This document shows positions 9,543 to 18,712 of a DNA stretch of 64,000 nt, in pieces. The notes under the pieces were generated by a model. It worked only from the letters and a program-made list of their open reading frames with translations, did no database searches and had not been told where the DNA came from. The translations under genes were made by a program, and so were the position numbers. Positions within the stretch are counted from its first letter, which is position 1. The number at the start of each line of letters is the position of its first letter. Origin of the DNA: an uncultured Gammaproteobacteria bacterium (GTDB taxonomy: Bacteria; Patescibacteriota; Patescibacteriia; XYB2-FULL-38-15); NCBI GenBank assembly GCA_965231095.1, contig OZ246416.1:677595-741594 (forward strand). Reading direction: 5' to 3'.

Positions 9543-10121
9543 CTATCCCGTCTTCAACCGACCGAGATAGAAGATCTTCGGTTCTCTCCAAAAATCTTCT
9601 CGCGCCGCCCCGATGTTCAAGGTCCTCCCCCTTAGTAACGGATAGTACAGGCCGAACTCCTCCTTGGAGATCGGCGTACCCAGGGCAACCACGGGAATTT
9701 CCCACGAAAAAACTGAGTCCCAGCGGGCGAGGCGCAGAAGATCAGAGAGCGTTCCAGGAAGAAGGTTCATGCCCCTGAGGCGCGCTTCGATTTCCAGGAC
9801 GGTCCAATGGCCCGGAACATTCTGCACTCTAAGTCGTTCAAGCTTCTCGCCTCGCTCGTCCGTTTCCTCCGGCTTCCAGGGGAAGTCTTCCTCTCGAAGA
9901 CCATCCGCGAGCGCCAGATTGCTCGTTATGAGCGCTCCACTAAACGTAGGTATGTCGCATGGCCTGAGGCTGTTGAACCAAACCGCGTCCAAAACCCGCC
10001 AGGGATCTTCGAGGAAGAACTGGAAAAGGTCGTGGTGCATCTGCCCCACCCCGACCATCTCGTGAAACTTTTCCATCTGCTCCATGCTCGGCTTTACGAA
10101 CTGCCCGGTTCCTCTTATCAT
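9543..10121 (-). CDS. Hypothetical protein encoded in GC-rich island 1 (192 aa from the AAGGAG-preceded ATG; longer TTG-initiated frame to 10247 possible)
   Basis: ~58% GC versus ~40% surroundings; SD AAGGAG 8 nt upstream of ATG at 10119-10121; consensus promoter TTGACA-17-TAAAAT at ~10238-10205 on minus strand. Confidence 0.5.
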   Translation of the reverse strand: MIRGTGQFVKPSMEQMEKFHEMVGVGQMHHDLFQFFLEDPWRVLDAVWFNSLRPCDIPTFSGALITSNLALADGLREEDFPWKPEETDERGEKLERLRVQNVPGHWTVLEIEARLRGMNLLPGTLSDLLRLARWDSVFSWEIPVVALGTPISKEEFGLYYPLLRGRTLNIGAAREDFWREPKIFYLGRLKTG

Positions 10122-10587
10122 CGTTGCCGCTCCTTTGACCCGCCAGTAGTCAGACCGCGACAGAGCCCCATGCTCCGACTTCGGCTGATACGCTGGGCGA
10201 GACAGTTGAATTTTAATCTCCTTCTTGTCCGCTGTCAACCGCCGCAAAGGGGTTTGCCAAAAGGCCTATTTTTTGTTAAAATAAATACAATTTATGAGCT
10301 TAATCGCCAATTACTAAGCAATGTCCTTAGCCCACAAAACCCAATCCCCGCAGAACTGGAGAGAAAGACCTTCTCGCCGGATTTTTAATAAATTAAAACT
10401 TGATAAAGTTAAAGAATTTTCCGCGCGGCTTCTGGGTTCTATAAAAAATAAATGGTCAAAAAATCTGTCGGCTGCTTCTCCAAATTCATCCACGGCGCGA
10501 CCAACTAATGCTCCTCTTACTCCACCCCTCCCGCCTTCCGCCGACCCAAAAAACTTTTTTTCTAAAATATTTCAAACTATTATTTTT

Positions 10588-13434
10588 ATGGCAAAAAAAA
10601 TTCGCTACAAGGCCGGAAGCTACCGCCGTAAATTCGGCTGGAATAAAATTATCGGCTATGGCATTGCCGGCATTTTATTTTGTGTTTTAATCAGCGGCGT
10701 CGTGGGCGTCGGGGCTCTGGCCTGGTTTTCCCGCGATCTTCCCGATCCTGACAAATTGCTTGACCGCCAAGTGGCGCAAAGCACAAAAATTTTTGACCGC
10801 ACCAGCGAGCACGTACTTTATGAAATTTACAGCGACCAGAAGCGCACCATGATTGAACTTGAAGACATTCCTGAATACGTAAAACAAGCGACCATTGTCG
10901 CCGAAGACCGCGGATTCTATACTCATCATGGTTTTGATTGGAAAGGAATTTTGCGTTCCGTCTGGCTGGATATTTTTAAGGGACAAAAAGTCGGCGGCTC
11001 AACCATCACTCAACAACTCGTGAAAAACGCCATTCTTTCTCCGGAAAAAACTTTCACCAGAAAATTTAAAGAGTTGGCGCTTTCCATCCAGATTGAAAGA
11101 AAATTTTCCAAAGATCAGATTTTAAAAATGTATTTTAACGAAATTCCTTACGGCTCAACCGCTTATGGCATTCAATCCGCCTCGCAAACTTATTTTGGAA
11201 AAAATGCCAAAGATTTGGATCTCGCCGAAGCAGCCTTGCTCGCCGGAGTGCCCAAAGCTCCAACTTACTATTCTCCTCGCGGCAGCCACACTGACGATTT
11301 AATTTTTCGCCAGCAATATATTTTAGACGGTATGGTTGAAGAGGGTTATATCACCGAAGACGAAGCCGACGCGGCAAAAAAAATTGATATTCTTGCCAGA
11401 GTTATTGATAAAAAAGAATCAATTACCGCGCCGCACTTTGTAATGTATGTTAAAGAATTGTTGACGGAAAAGTACGGTGAAAAAATCGTGGAGCAAGGGG
11501 GTCTCAAAGTTTATACCACCCTTGATTTTGATAAACAAAAATTCGCCGAAGAAGCGATTGAGGAAAACGTGGAAAAAAATTCTACCAAATATAATGCCTG
11601 GAACGCGGCGCTCGTGGCTATTGATCCAAAAACCGGACAGATTCTTGCCATGGTCGGCTCCAAAGATTATTTTGCCGAGCCGGAGCCGGAAGGATGCGAC
11701 CCGGGAGTAAATTGTAAATTTGAACCGAACGTCAACGTCACTCTTCGCCCGCGCCAGCCGGGATCTTCTTTCAAGCCAATCGTCTACGCTACGGCATATC
11801 AAAAAGGTTTTACTCCGGAAACTACGCTTTTTGATTTGGTGACAACTTTTAAAACCGACACCAAAGATTATACCCCGCACAATTACGATGACAAAGAACA
11901 TGGCCCGGTTTCTATGCGGTCTGCTATGGCCGGCTCGCTGAATATTCCCGCCGTGAAAACTTTGTATCTCGCGGGGATTGATAATGTCCTAAATTTGGCT
12001 CAAGCCATGGGCTATACAACCTTAAACGACCGCTCGCGTTTTGGGCTTTCTCTTGTTTTGGGCGGCGGCGAAGTGCGCTTAATGGAGCACGCTGCGGCTT
12101 TCGGCGTTTTCGCCAACGACGGAGTACTTCATACTACAACTCCAATTTTAAAAATTGAAGATGCCAAGGGACAAGTGCTTGAAGAATGGAAAGAAGACGC
12201 GGGCAAAGAAGTGATGTCAAAGCAAACCGCGCGGCAAATTCAAAGTGTAATGTCTGACGACGCGGCGCGCGCTTTCATCTTCGGAGCAGGAGGTCCGCTT
12301 ACTCTTCCCGGCCGGCCAGTCGGCGCGAAAACCGGTACGACCAATGATTGGCATGACGGCTGGACAATGGGTTATACTCCCTCGCTTGTCGCCGGCGTTT
12401 GGGCGGGAAATAATAATAACGACGCGATGAAGCGCGGAGCCGACGGGGTGTTTGTCGCCGCTCCGATTTGGAACGCGTTTATGAAAAAAGCGCTGGAAGG
12501 AACGCCGGTGGAAAATTTCCGATCGCCAGAACCGACGGAAACCGATAAACCGATTTTAAAAGGCGAACTGGGCGCGGAAACTATTATAAAAATTGACCGC
12601 ATCTCGGGAAAATTAGCCACGGAAAATACTCCGCCCTCCACAACTATTGAAAAAAAATTCCGCGAAGTGCATACCATTTTATTTTACATAAATAAAGACG
12701 ATCCAAACGGCCCGCCTCCGGCAAATCCGGCCGACGATCCGCAATTTGCCAATTGGGAAGCGCCGATTGCCAAGTGGGCCGAGGAGCAAGGATACACGAT
12801 TAATACCCAAGAAATTCCGACCGGCTACGACGACGTTCATCTGCCGCAAAATAAACCAACTGTTTCTATTACAAGTCCCGCGCCGAATGCGACGATAAAC
12901 TCGCGCGAAGCAATTGTCTCGGTTTTCGTCTCCGCGCCGCGCGGCGTAATTTCCCGCGTAGAATATTTTGTTGACGGACAAAAAGTGGGGATGTCTAATG
13001 TTACGCCATACACTGCGACGCTTATGATCCCAAATTCTATCAGCAATGGTTACCATACGTTGCGCGCCACGGCCTACGATGATATTGATAATTTCAATTC
13101 CGCGGAAATTACAATCAACTTGCTCGCGGAAAATCTCCCGCCGCAAATTAATTTTACGGCCCCAAGAAACGGCGCGAATTTCTACGCTTCCATGTTTCCT
13201 CTTTCGGTCACCGCCGAAGCAGATGATATCGGAAACATCGCGGAAATTTCTTTTTATGCTAAAGGTTCCGGCGAACCGGAATTGCTGAAAACATATTCCG
13301 CACCAACTGAAACCTCTTTCTCTTTCCGTTGGGACACTTCTCCCGCGCCGGGTTCTTACCAACTCTACGCCGAGGTAACCGACAAATCCGGCGCCACCAC
13401 CCGATCCAGACCGATTTCGGTGACGGTGTTGTAA
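10588..13434 (+). CDS. mrcA: Penicillin-binding protein 1A (bifunctional transglycosylase/transpeptidase) with two C-terminal Ig-like domains
   Basis: TM anchor after MAKKIRYK; GT51 motif EDRGFYTHHGFDW; transpeptidase SSFK, SLN, KTGT motifs; in-frame upstream extension from 10321 judged unlikely. Confidence 0.9.
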   Translation: MAKKIRYKAGSYRRKFGWNKIIGYGIAGILFCVLISGVVGVGALAWFSRDLPDPDKLLDRQVAQSTKIFDRTSEHVLYEIYSDQKRTMIELEDIPEYVKQATIVAEDRGFYTHHGFDWKGILRSVWLDIFKGQKVGGSTITQQLVKNAILSPEKTFTRKFKELALSIQIERKFSKDQILKMYFNEIPYGSTAYGIQSASQTYFGKNAKDLDLAEAALLAGVPKAPTYYSPRGSHTDDLIFRQQYILDGMVEEGYITEDEADAAKKIDILARVIDKKESITAPHFVMYVKELLTEKYGEKIVEQGGLKVYTTLDFDKQKFAEEAIEENVEKNSTKYNAWNAALVAIDPKTGQILAMVGSKDYFAEPEPEGCDPGVNCKFEPNVNVTLRPRQPGSSFKPIVYATAYQKGFTPETTLFDLVTTFKTDTKDYTPHNYDDKEHGPVSMRSAMAGSLNIPAVKTLYLAGIDNVLNLAQAMGYTTLNDRSRFGLSLVLGGGEVRLMEHAAAFGVFANDGVLHTTTPILKIEDAKGQVLEEWKEDAGKEVMSKQTARQIQSVMSDDAARAFIFGAGGPLTLPGRPVGAKTGTTNDWHDGWTMGYTPSLVAGVWAGNNNNDAMKRGADGVFVAAPIWNAFMKKALEGTPVENFRSPEPTETDKPILKGELGAETIIKIDRISGKLATENTPPSTTIEKKFREVHTILFYINKDDPNGPPPANPADDPQFANWEAPIAKWAEEQGYTINTQEIPTGYDDVHLPQNKPTVSITSPAPNATINSREAIVSVFVSAPRGVISRVEYFVDGQKVGMSNVTPYTATLMIPNSISNGYHTLRATAYDDIDNFNSAEITINLLAENLPPQINFTAPRNGANFYASMFPLSVTAEADDIGNIAEISFYAKGSGEPELLKTYSAPTETSFSFRWDTSPAPGSYQLYAEVTDKSGATTRSRPISVTVL

Positions 13435-13500
13435 TTAAAACAGGCACTTGATTACATAGCTTGAAAAACTTTTTAATTAAAATTAAATAAAAAAATTAAT

Positions 13501-13575
13501 AGTTTATATAATACCCGTTAGCTGAAATATTAAAAAATTCTTTTCGGCCTTTGCGGGCATTTAATCGGGGCAAAT
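13501..13575 (-). repeat. Inverted-repeat arm (left) of the UvrA-like cassette; contains gttagctgaaatatt core shared with repeats at 1043-1065, 1460-1484 and 15002-15071
   Basis: 13514-13575 is the near-exact reverse complement of 15002-15071 (perfect 16-bp tttaatcggggcaaat/atttgccccgattaaa at the gene boundaries). Confidence 0.7.
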
Positions 13576-13606
13576 TTATTTTTAAAGATTTAGAATTCGG
13601 AAAATT

Positions 13607-14995
13607 ATGAAATACATAACAGTAAAAAATATCACCAAGAATAATCTGAAACGATTTTCAGTTAAAATACCATTGCAAAAACTGGTCGCCATTGTTGGTC
13701 CGAGCGGAAGCGGCAAGTCTACGTTGGTTCATGAAGTGTTATATAACAATTCAATCAAAAAAGAGTGGGATATAAAAAATCTACCGAAAATTGTTGATAT
13801 TCTTGAACAAAAAGTAATTCTTCCAAGGGATTCAAAGTTGAGTCTAGGTGAATTTAACTTTGATAAATTAAAAAAGAAATTATCCGCAATTCATAAGGAA
13901 GATTTGTTGATTGTTGATGAACCCTGTGCTGGATTTTGTGAGAAAGAGCGAAAGACAATTTTGAAAATGTTAAAAGATAAAGTTAAGCAGGGATATTCAA
14001 TAATTGCAGTTGAACATAATAAGGAAATTATTGCTAATGCTGATTATGTAATTGAGCTTGGTCCCGGGGCTGGACGATATGGCGGAAAATTGATTTTTGA
14101 GGGAAATCTAAATGAATTTAAAAAGTCTGGCACAATTACGGCTGAACATGTTTTTAAGGCAAACAAAGACGCGGTAAAGCAAGGAACTTTTGAGAAAGGC
14201 AAAGAAGTTACAATTTCAAAAATATCTGCTGGAAATTTTAAAAATTACAGTTTTACATTTCCGCTCATAAGTATAGTTTGTTTAACTGGCTGTTCTGGTA
14301 GCGGAAAATCAACCTTATTGGATGTCGCTTATCGTGCTTTATTTAAAGGAAAAAATGCTTGGAAAATTAGATTAAAAACGGTTAACGTTAATGGAAAAAC
14401 TAATGTACGTAGGTCGTTTATTGTTCCACAATCTTCGATTGGAGATCATCCATCAAGCACGCTCGCGACCTATGCAAAAGTTTGGGATAACATAAGGGAG
14501 ATTTTTGCGAATGAAAAACTGGCAAAGCAGTTAAGATTAACGAAATCAGATTTCATTATTTCAAAAAGTATTTTGGAATCAAAAAGTGATTTTTCAAAGG
14601 ATGTTTTAAAAGTTTGCTATCAAAGGAAAAATATCAAAGAAGTTGCAAATCTTACGATTGATGAGGCATTAGAAATATTTGAAACTGACACTCTAATAGT
14701 GAGAAAATTGAAATTTTTACAGGAAGTAGGCTTAGGCTATTTGGTGCTTGGACAAAAATCAGGTTCTTTAAGTGGTGGAGAAGCTCAGCGAGTAAGAGTT
14801 GCAAAAATTCTTTCAAAAAAACTTGGCGATAGGTCTGTCTATATTTTTGATACTCCAACCAGAGGATTACATCTCAAAGATATTCCAGTACTAATAGATG
14901 TTTTTAGAAAAATTATAGACAAAAATAATACAATTTTAATAGCAGATAACAGAGAGGAAGTATTTCATTATTGTGACTATCGGATAAATCTTTAA
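13607..14995 (+). CDS. Minimal UvrA-like tandem ABC ATPase (two NBDs, no zinc-finger/UvrB-binding/DNA-binding insertions)
   Basis: Walker A GPSGSGKSTLVHEVLY and CLTGCSGSGKSTLLDVAY (UvrA-style), degenerate signature LSLGE, Walker B LLIVDEP...VEHN...GPGAG; signature LSGGEAQRVRVA and VYIFDTPTRGLHLKD (UvrA C-terminus-like, Glu to Thr); ~31% GC. Confidence 0.7.
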   Translation: MKYITVKNITKNNLKRFSVKIPLQKLVAIVGPSGSGKSTLVHEVLYNNSIKKEWDIKNLPKIVDILEQKVILPRDSKLSLGEFNFDKLKKKLSAIHKEDLLIVDEPCAGFCEKERKTILKMLKDKVKQGYSIIAVEHNKEIIANADYVIELGPGAGRYGGKLIFEGNLNEFKKSGTITAEHVFKANKDAVKQGTFEKGKEVTISKISAGNFKNYSFTFPLISIVCLTGCSGSGKSTLLDVAYRALFKGKNAWKIRLKTVNVNGKTNVRRSFIVPQSSIGDHPSSTLATYAKVWDNIREIFANEKLAKQLRLTKSDFIISKSILESKSDFSKDVLKVCYQRKNIKEVANLTIDEALEIFETDTLIVRKLKFLQEVGLGYLVLGQKSGSLSGGEAQRVRVAKILSKKLGDRSVYIFDTPTRGLHLKDIPVLIDVFRKIIDKNNTILIADNREEVFHYCDYRINL

Positions 14996-15001
14996 AAATG
15001 C

Positions 15002-15153
15002 ATTTGCCCCGATTAAATCTTTTGCCTTTAGGTAAAAGCCGAAAAGAATTTTTTAATACATCAGCTAACAACGAGTATCTGGTTTCGACTTTTTACAAAA
15101 GTCTCCACCCAAATGCTACGCACTTCAGATACTCGTAACGTTAGGCGAAATGA
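15002..15153 (+). repeat. Right inverted-repeat arm of the UvrA-like cassette fused to leader repeat copy B (hairpin stem 15072-15081/15127-15136, nested hairpin gacttttgtaaaaagtc) ending ...aacgttaggcgaaATG
   Basis: Matches 13514-13575 in inverted orientation and copy A (946-1067) in flanks and stem register. Confidence 0.65.
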
Positions 15154-15815
15154 TTCATTTATCACCCACCATGTCAAACACTATCCTTCAAGAAAAAGAC
15201 AGCGTGATTTACGCCAATTGTATGGCGGAATTGAAGGATCGTCTAAACAAAATAGAGTCTTCGCTGGATAAAAATTTTTCATTAGATATTTTTTTACTAG
15301 AATTTATTTGTCTACAATTCAGAAAAATATGCGAACTATTCGCTTTCGGAACTTTGATAGCTAGTAAAGATCTTTACAGACAAGTCAGAAAAGATTTCAG
15401 TAATGATTGGAACTTTGCTAGAATATTAACAACTGTAGAAAAAATTAATCCACGATACTTTCCAAAACCATTAAAATATGAGGGCAACAAAGCCTTTGCC
15501 GTCGTAACAAATGACTTTCTACTTCAAAAAAATATTATAGATATTTACGATGAATGTTCCGACATGATAAATGCCCAAAATCATTTCAAAGATTTGAAAA
15601 ATTTTTATCCAAATAGTGATGAGAAAAGAGATATTTGGCGTAAAAAATTCACAGAATGGAAAGAAAAATTTATTAAATTATTTGACTGCCATACAATTGG
15701 CATAAAGACTGATTTATATACAAAAGTTTTTATCACCTTCATGTATATAAATAATCCGAGCAAAGATATCAATGTTATCGCAGCGGATGTCATTCCAAAG
15801 CCAAAAGATAAATAA
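15150..15815 (+). CDS. Hypothetical protein, AT-rich, partner of UvrA-like ATPase (alternative start 15171)
   Basis: 221-aa ORF directly after repeat copy B; no recognisable motif; composition matches upstream AT-rich gene. Confidence 0.45.
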   Translation: MIHLSPTMSNTILQEKDSVIYANCMAELKDRLNKIESSLDKNFSLDIFLLEFICLQFRKICELFAFGTLIASKDLYRQVRKDFSNDWNFARILTTVEKINPRYFPKPLKYEGNKAFAVVTNDFLLQKNIIDIYDECSDMINAQNHFKDLKNFYPNSDEKRDIWRKKFTEWKEKFIKLFDCHTIGIKTDLYTKVFITFMYINNPSKDINVIAADVIPKPKDK

Positions 15816-15847
15816 ATCACATCTCCTCTTCTCGGACGTTAAATAAA

Positions 15848-16705
15848 GTGGCCAAAATGGAAATCGCTATCCCTTCGCCAGAAAATCTAGAAAAACTAAA
15901 ATCCGCTATCCGAAATGATGGGCCGGAAAATTTTCATGTTCTGGCTGACTTTGATCAAACTTTGACCAAAGCTTTTATCGGCGGGCGGTTCGTGCCATCG
16001 CTTATTTCCGTCTTGCGCGATGGAAGTTATCTAACCGCCGACTACGCAAAAAAATCACATGAACTTTTTAACAAATATCACCCGATAGAAATTGATACTT
16101 CTCTCCCGCCCGAAGTTAAAGACCGGGCAATGGTCCAATGGTGGAAGGAACATTTTGAAATTCTTTTCCAGGCCGGGCTCAAGAGAGGAGACGTTGAATC
16201 AATTGTTAATTCCGGAAAAATAAAATTGCGCGAGGGGCTTTGCGACTTTATCCATTTTCTCGGCAAAAGAAAAATCCCGCTTGTCATCATGTCTTCAAGC
16301 GGCTTGGGCGGCGACGCGCTTGGAATGCTTTTGGAAAAAGAGGGGTGTTCCAACGGTAATACCTTTTTTATCACGAACACTCTTATCTGGGACGACGAAG
16401 GAAAAGCTGTCGGCGTCAAAGAGCCGATAATTCACTCAATGAACAAGGACGAAACCATCCTTAAAAACTTTCCCGCTTTTCAAAAAATAAAAGACAGGAA
16501 AAATGTTTTGCTTTTAGGTAATACAGTTGAAGATGTTGGCATGGCCGCCGGAGTTCCTTACAAAAACCTTTTGAAAATTGGATTTTTAAATGAAAAGGTG
16601 GAAGAAAATCTGGAAGAATTTAAAAAAACTTTTGACGTTGTCTTGACGGGCGATCCGGGAATGGAATATATAAATAATTTATTAAAAGAAATTTTTTCGC
16701 ACTAA
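15848..16705 (+). CDS. HAD-superfamily pyrimidine 5'-nucleotidase-like hydrolase
   Basis: DFDQT (DxDxT) motif I near N-terminus, 285 aa, UMPH-1-like arrangement. Confidence 0.65.
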   Translation: MAKMEIAIPSPENLEKLKSAIRNDGPENFHVLADFDQTLTKAFIGGRFVPSLISVLRDGSYLTADYAKKSHELFNKYHPIEIDTSLPPEVKDRAMVQWWKEHFEILFQAGLKRGDVESIVNSGKIKLREGLCDFIHFLGKRKIPLVIMSSSGLGGDALGMLLEKEGCSNGNTFFITNTLIWDDEGKAVGVKEPIIHSMNKDETILKNFPAFQKIKDRKNVLLLGNTVEDVGMAAGVPYKNLLKIGFLNEKVEENLEEFKKTFDVVLTGDPGMEYINNLLKEIFSH

Positions 16706-16708
16706 CCT

Positions 16709-17188
16709 ATGTTAAGCTCATCTCTAAAAACCGGTTTGAGTTTTGGCCTGACCTCCGGCGTGATCACCACTCTCGGACTTTTGGTGGGCCTTGCGGCGGG
16801 CACTTCCTCGCGCCTCGCCGTCCTCGGGGGAATTTTGACGATTGCCTTGGCCGACGCTTTTTCCGACGCGCTCGGAATCCATATGTCCGAAGAATCGGAA
16901 AACGTACATACGCCCCGCGAAATTTGGCAATCAACTTTCGCCGCCTTCTTCACCAAACTTTTCTTTGCCTTAACTTTTGCCGTCCCGGTTTTATTTTTGG
17001 ATTTAAAACTCGCAGTCATAATTTCCGTAATCTGGGGATTTTTAGTTCTTACTATCACTAATTTCCTTATCGCCAAAATGGAAAAAATCGCCCAATGGAA
17101 AGTGATTGGCGAACATCTCCTAATCGCCGCGGTCGTAGTCGTCGCGACTTATTTTTTGGGCGGCCTCATTGCCCAACTCTTCGCCTAA
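16709..17188 (+). CDS. Small polytopic membrane protein (VIT1/CCC1-like glycine-rich TM helices), hypothetical
   Basis: GLSFGLTSGVITTLGLLVGL and further TM segments; family assignment weak. Confidence 0.35.
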   Translation: MLSSSLKTGLSFGLTSGVITTLGLLVGLAAGTSSRLAVLGGILTIALADAFSDALGIHMSEESENVHTPREIWQSTFAAFFTKLFFALTFAVPVLFLDLKLAVIISVIWGFLVLTITNFLIAKMEKIAQWKVIGEHLLIAAVVVVATYFLGGLIAQLFA

Positions 17189-17206
17189 AATAATCTTCAT
17201 AAACAA

Positions 17207-17237
17207 AACGCCCACCAACTTCGGTGGACGTTTTTTA
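17207..17237. terminator. Bidirectional terminator between convergent genes
   Basis: aacgcccacc-aacttc-ggtggacgtttttt hairpin with T-run. Confidence 0.5.
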
Positions 17238-17274
17238 TTTTCTAATTACTAATCACTATTTACCAGTTACTCAA

Positions 17275-18423
17275 TTACTTTTTTATCGGCATGACGATAT
17301 AGAGATAATCAGATTTTTCTGTTTTTGACCGGAGAAGGCACGGGCTTTCGCTGGAAGTTAATTCCAGCGCCACCTCTTCCACCTCCATGGCGCCGAGCCC
17401 GTCTAAAAGATATCTGTAATTTAAAGTTATTTCATTTTCTTTTCCCTCAACTTCCGCTTCAAGTTTTGCTGTGTTTTCGCCAAACTGTGAGTTCGCCGAG
17501 GATAAAACCAACTCGCCTGATTTTTCTTTTCCCGGTTTAAAACCAAAAGTGACATCAAAAATTCCGGGCTTGGCGAAAAGACTGGCGGTTTTTACAACCT
17601 TAATCAGTTCGTTGCGATTAAAGCCGGCCTTGGTTTCATAACTCGCCGGAATAATTTGTTTGTAATCGGGATACTGGCCGTCAATTACCCTCGAGACAAG
17701 ATCCACCCCGTTTAGGGAAAACATAATTTGATTTTCCGCCAGATATATTTTCACCAAATTTGGCGCATCGGGATCATCGCTCTCTCGAAAAACGGATAAA
17801 ATTCTCAAGACTTCTTGCATGGTTCTGGCCGGGACAATCACGTCGCGGGAATTTTCGTTTTCTTTTCCGGTGAGGGCCAGGGTTTTTTCCGCCAAGCGGT
17901 AACTGTCGGTCGCGGCGACCACAACTTTCATCCCGGCTCCGTCAAAATGCATTAAAATGCCGCTGATTTCCGGCCGGATTTCGTTGGTGGACGTCGCGAA
18001 AACCACCTGGGTCACTGCCTCACGAAATTTTCCCGCGTCCAGGCTGTACCCGGCGGTTTTTTCCACTTCGGGGATCAATGGGAATTCGCTCGTTGCCGCG
18101 CCGCGAAGCCGCGTCTCGTAATTTTTACATTTTATTTCCAGGGTTTGGTCTTGCAAATCCAAATCAATTTTGTCGTTTGGCAGGGAGCCAACGTAATCGG
18201 CAAAAAGTTTTGCCGGCAGAGTTATTGCTCCGTCAGCTTCAATTTTCCCCCGCACCTCGCACTTAATTCCAATCTCAAGATTTGTCGCGATAAGCGTAAT
18301 TACTCCGCCCTCGGCGCGAAATAAAATATTATTTAAAATGGGCAGATTAACGTTTTTGCTCGCGATGTGGCTTGAAATTAAAAGCCCCCGATTTAAATTT
18401 TCTTGAGTACAGGAGAGTTTCAT
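17275..18423 (-). CDS. dnaN: DNA polymerase III beta sliding clamp
   Basis: 382 aa, MKLSCTQENLNRGLLISSHIASKNVNLPILNNILF N-terminus typical of DnaN; downstream of dnaA. Confidence 0.9.
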   Translation of the reverse strand: MKLSCTQENLNRGLLISSHIASKNVNLPILNNILFRAEGGVITLIATNLEIGIKCEVRGKIEADGAITLPAKLFADYVGSLPNDKIDLDLQDQTLEIKCKNYETRLRGAATSEFPLIPEVEKTAGYSLDAGKFREAVTQVVFATSTNEIRPEISGILMHFDGAGMKVVVAATDSYRLAEKTLALTGKENENSRDVIVPARTMQEVLRILSVFRESDDPDAPNLVKIYLAENQIMFSLNGVDLVSRVIDGQYPDYKQIIPASYETKAGFNRNELIKVVKTASLFAKPGIFDVTFGFKPGKEKSGELVLSSANSQFGENTAKLEAEVEGKENEITLNYRYLLDGLGAMEVEEVALELTSSESPCLLRSKTEKSDYLYIVMPIKK

Positions 18424-18712
18424 AAAAATGTTTTAGTTTTATTTGTTGGTTGTATGTTTTGCACAATCAATCTTTTGTTTTATATTTTTAAAATATAGTA
18501 ATAACAAGCGTTTTGATTTTTGTGGATAGTTTTTGAAAAACGTTTTTGTTTAAAGAAAATTTTCATCTAGGCGGCTGTGGAAGAAAAATTTTTAGTTGTG
18601 GAAGTTTGGTGGAGAAAATTTGTGCCTTGGAGTTTTTTGGTTTTTTATCCCCATCTTAACAATTTTCTTCCACACAATTTTCCACCGAGTTTTGCACAGC
18701 CACTTTTTATTT
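18424..18712. promoter_or_regulatory. oriC: Candidate oriC: AT-rich dnaA-dnaN intergenic region with at least 6 DnaA-box-like 9-mers
   Basis: TGTGGATAG 18521-29, CTGTGGAAG 18575-83, TTGTGGAAG 18596-604, TTATCCCCA 18645-53, TTCCACACA 18668-76, TTTCCACCG 18680-88 (consensus TTATCCACA). Confidence 0.55.

Noticed and set aside
9664-10388. Plus-strand ORFs 9664-10065 and 9807-10388 over GC-rich island 1
   Set aside because: Arg/Ser/Pro-rich antisense frames. The minus-strand frame with an AAGGAG Shine-Dalgarno site is the real gene.
10321-10587. 89-codon N-terminal extension of the PBP1A ORF
   Set aside because: The extension is low complexity. The Met at 10588 is followed directly by a basic stretch and the TM anchor expected for a class A PBP.
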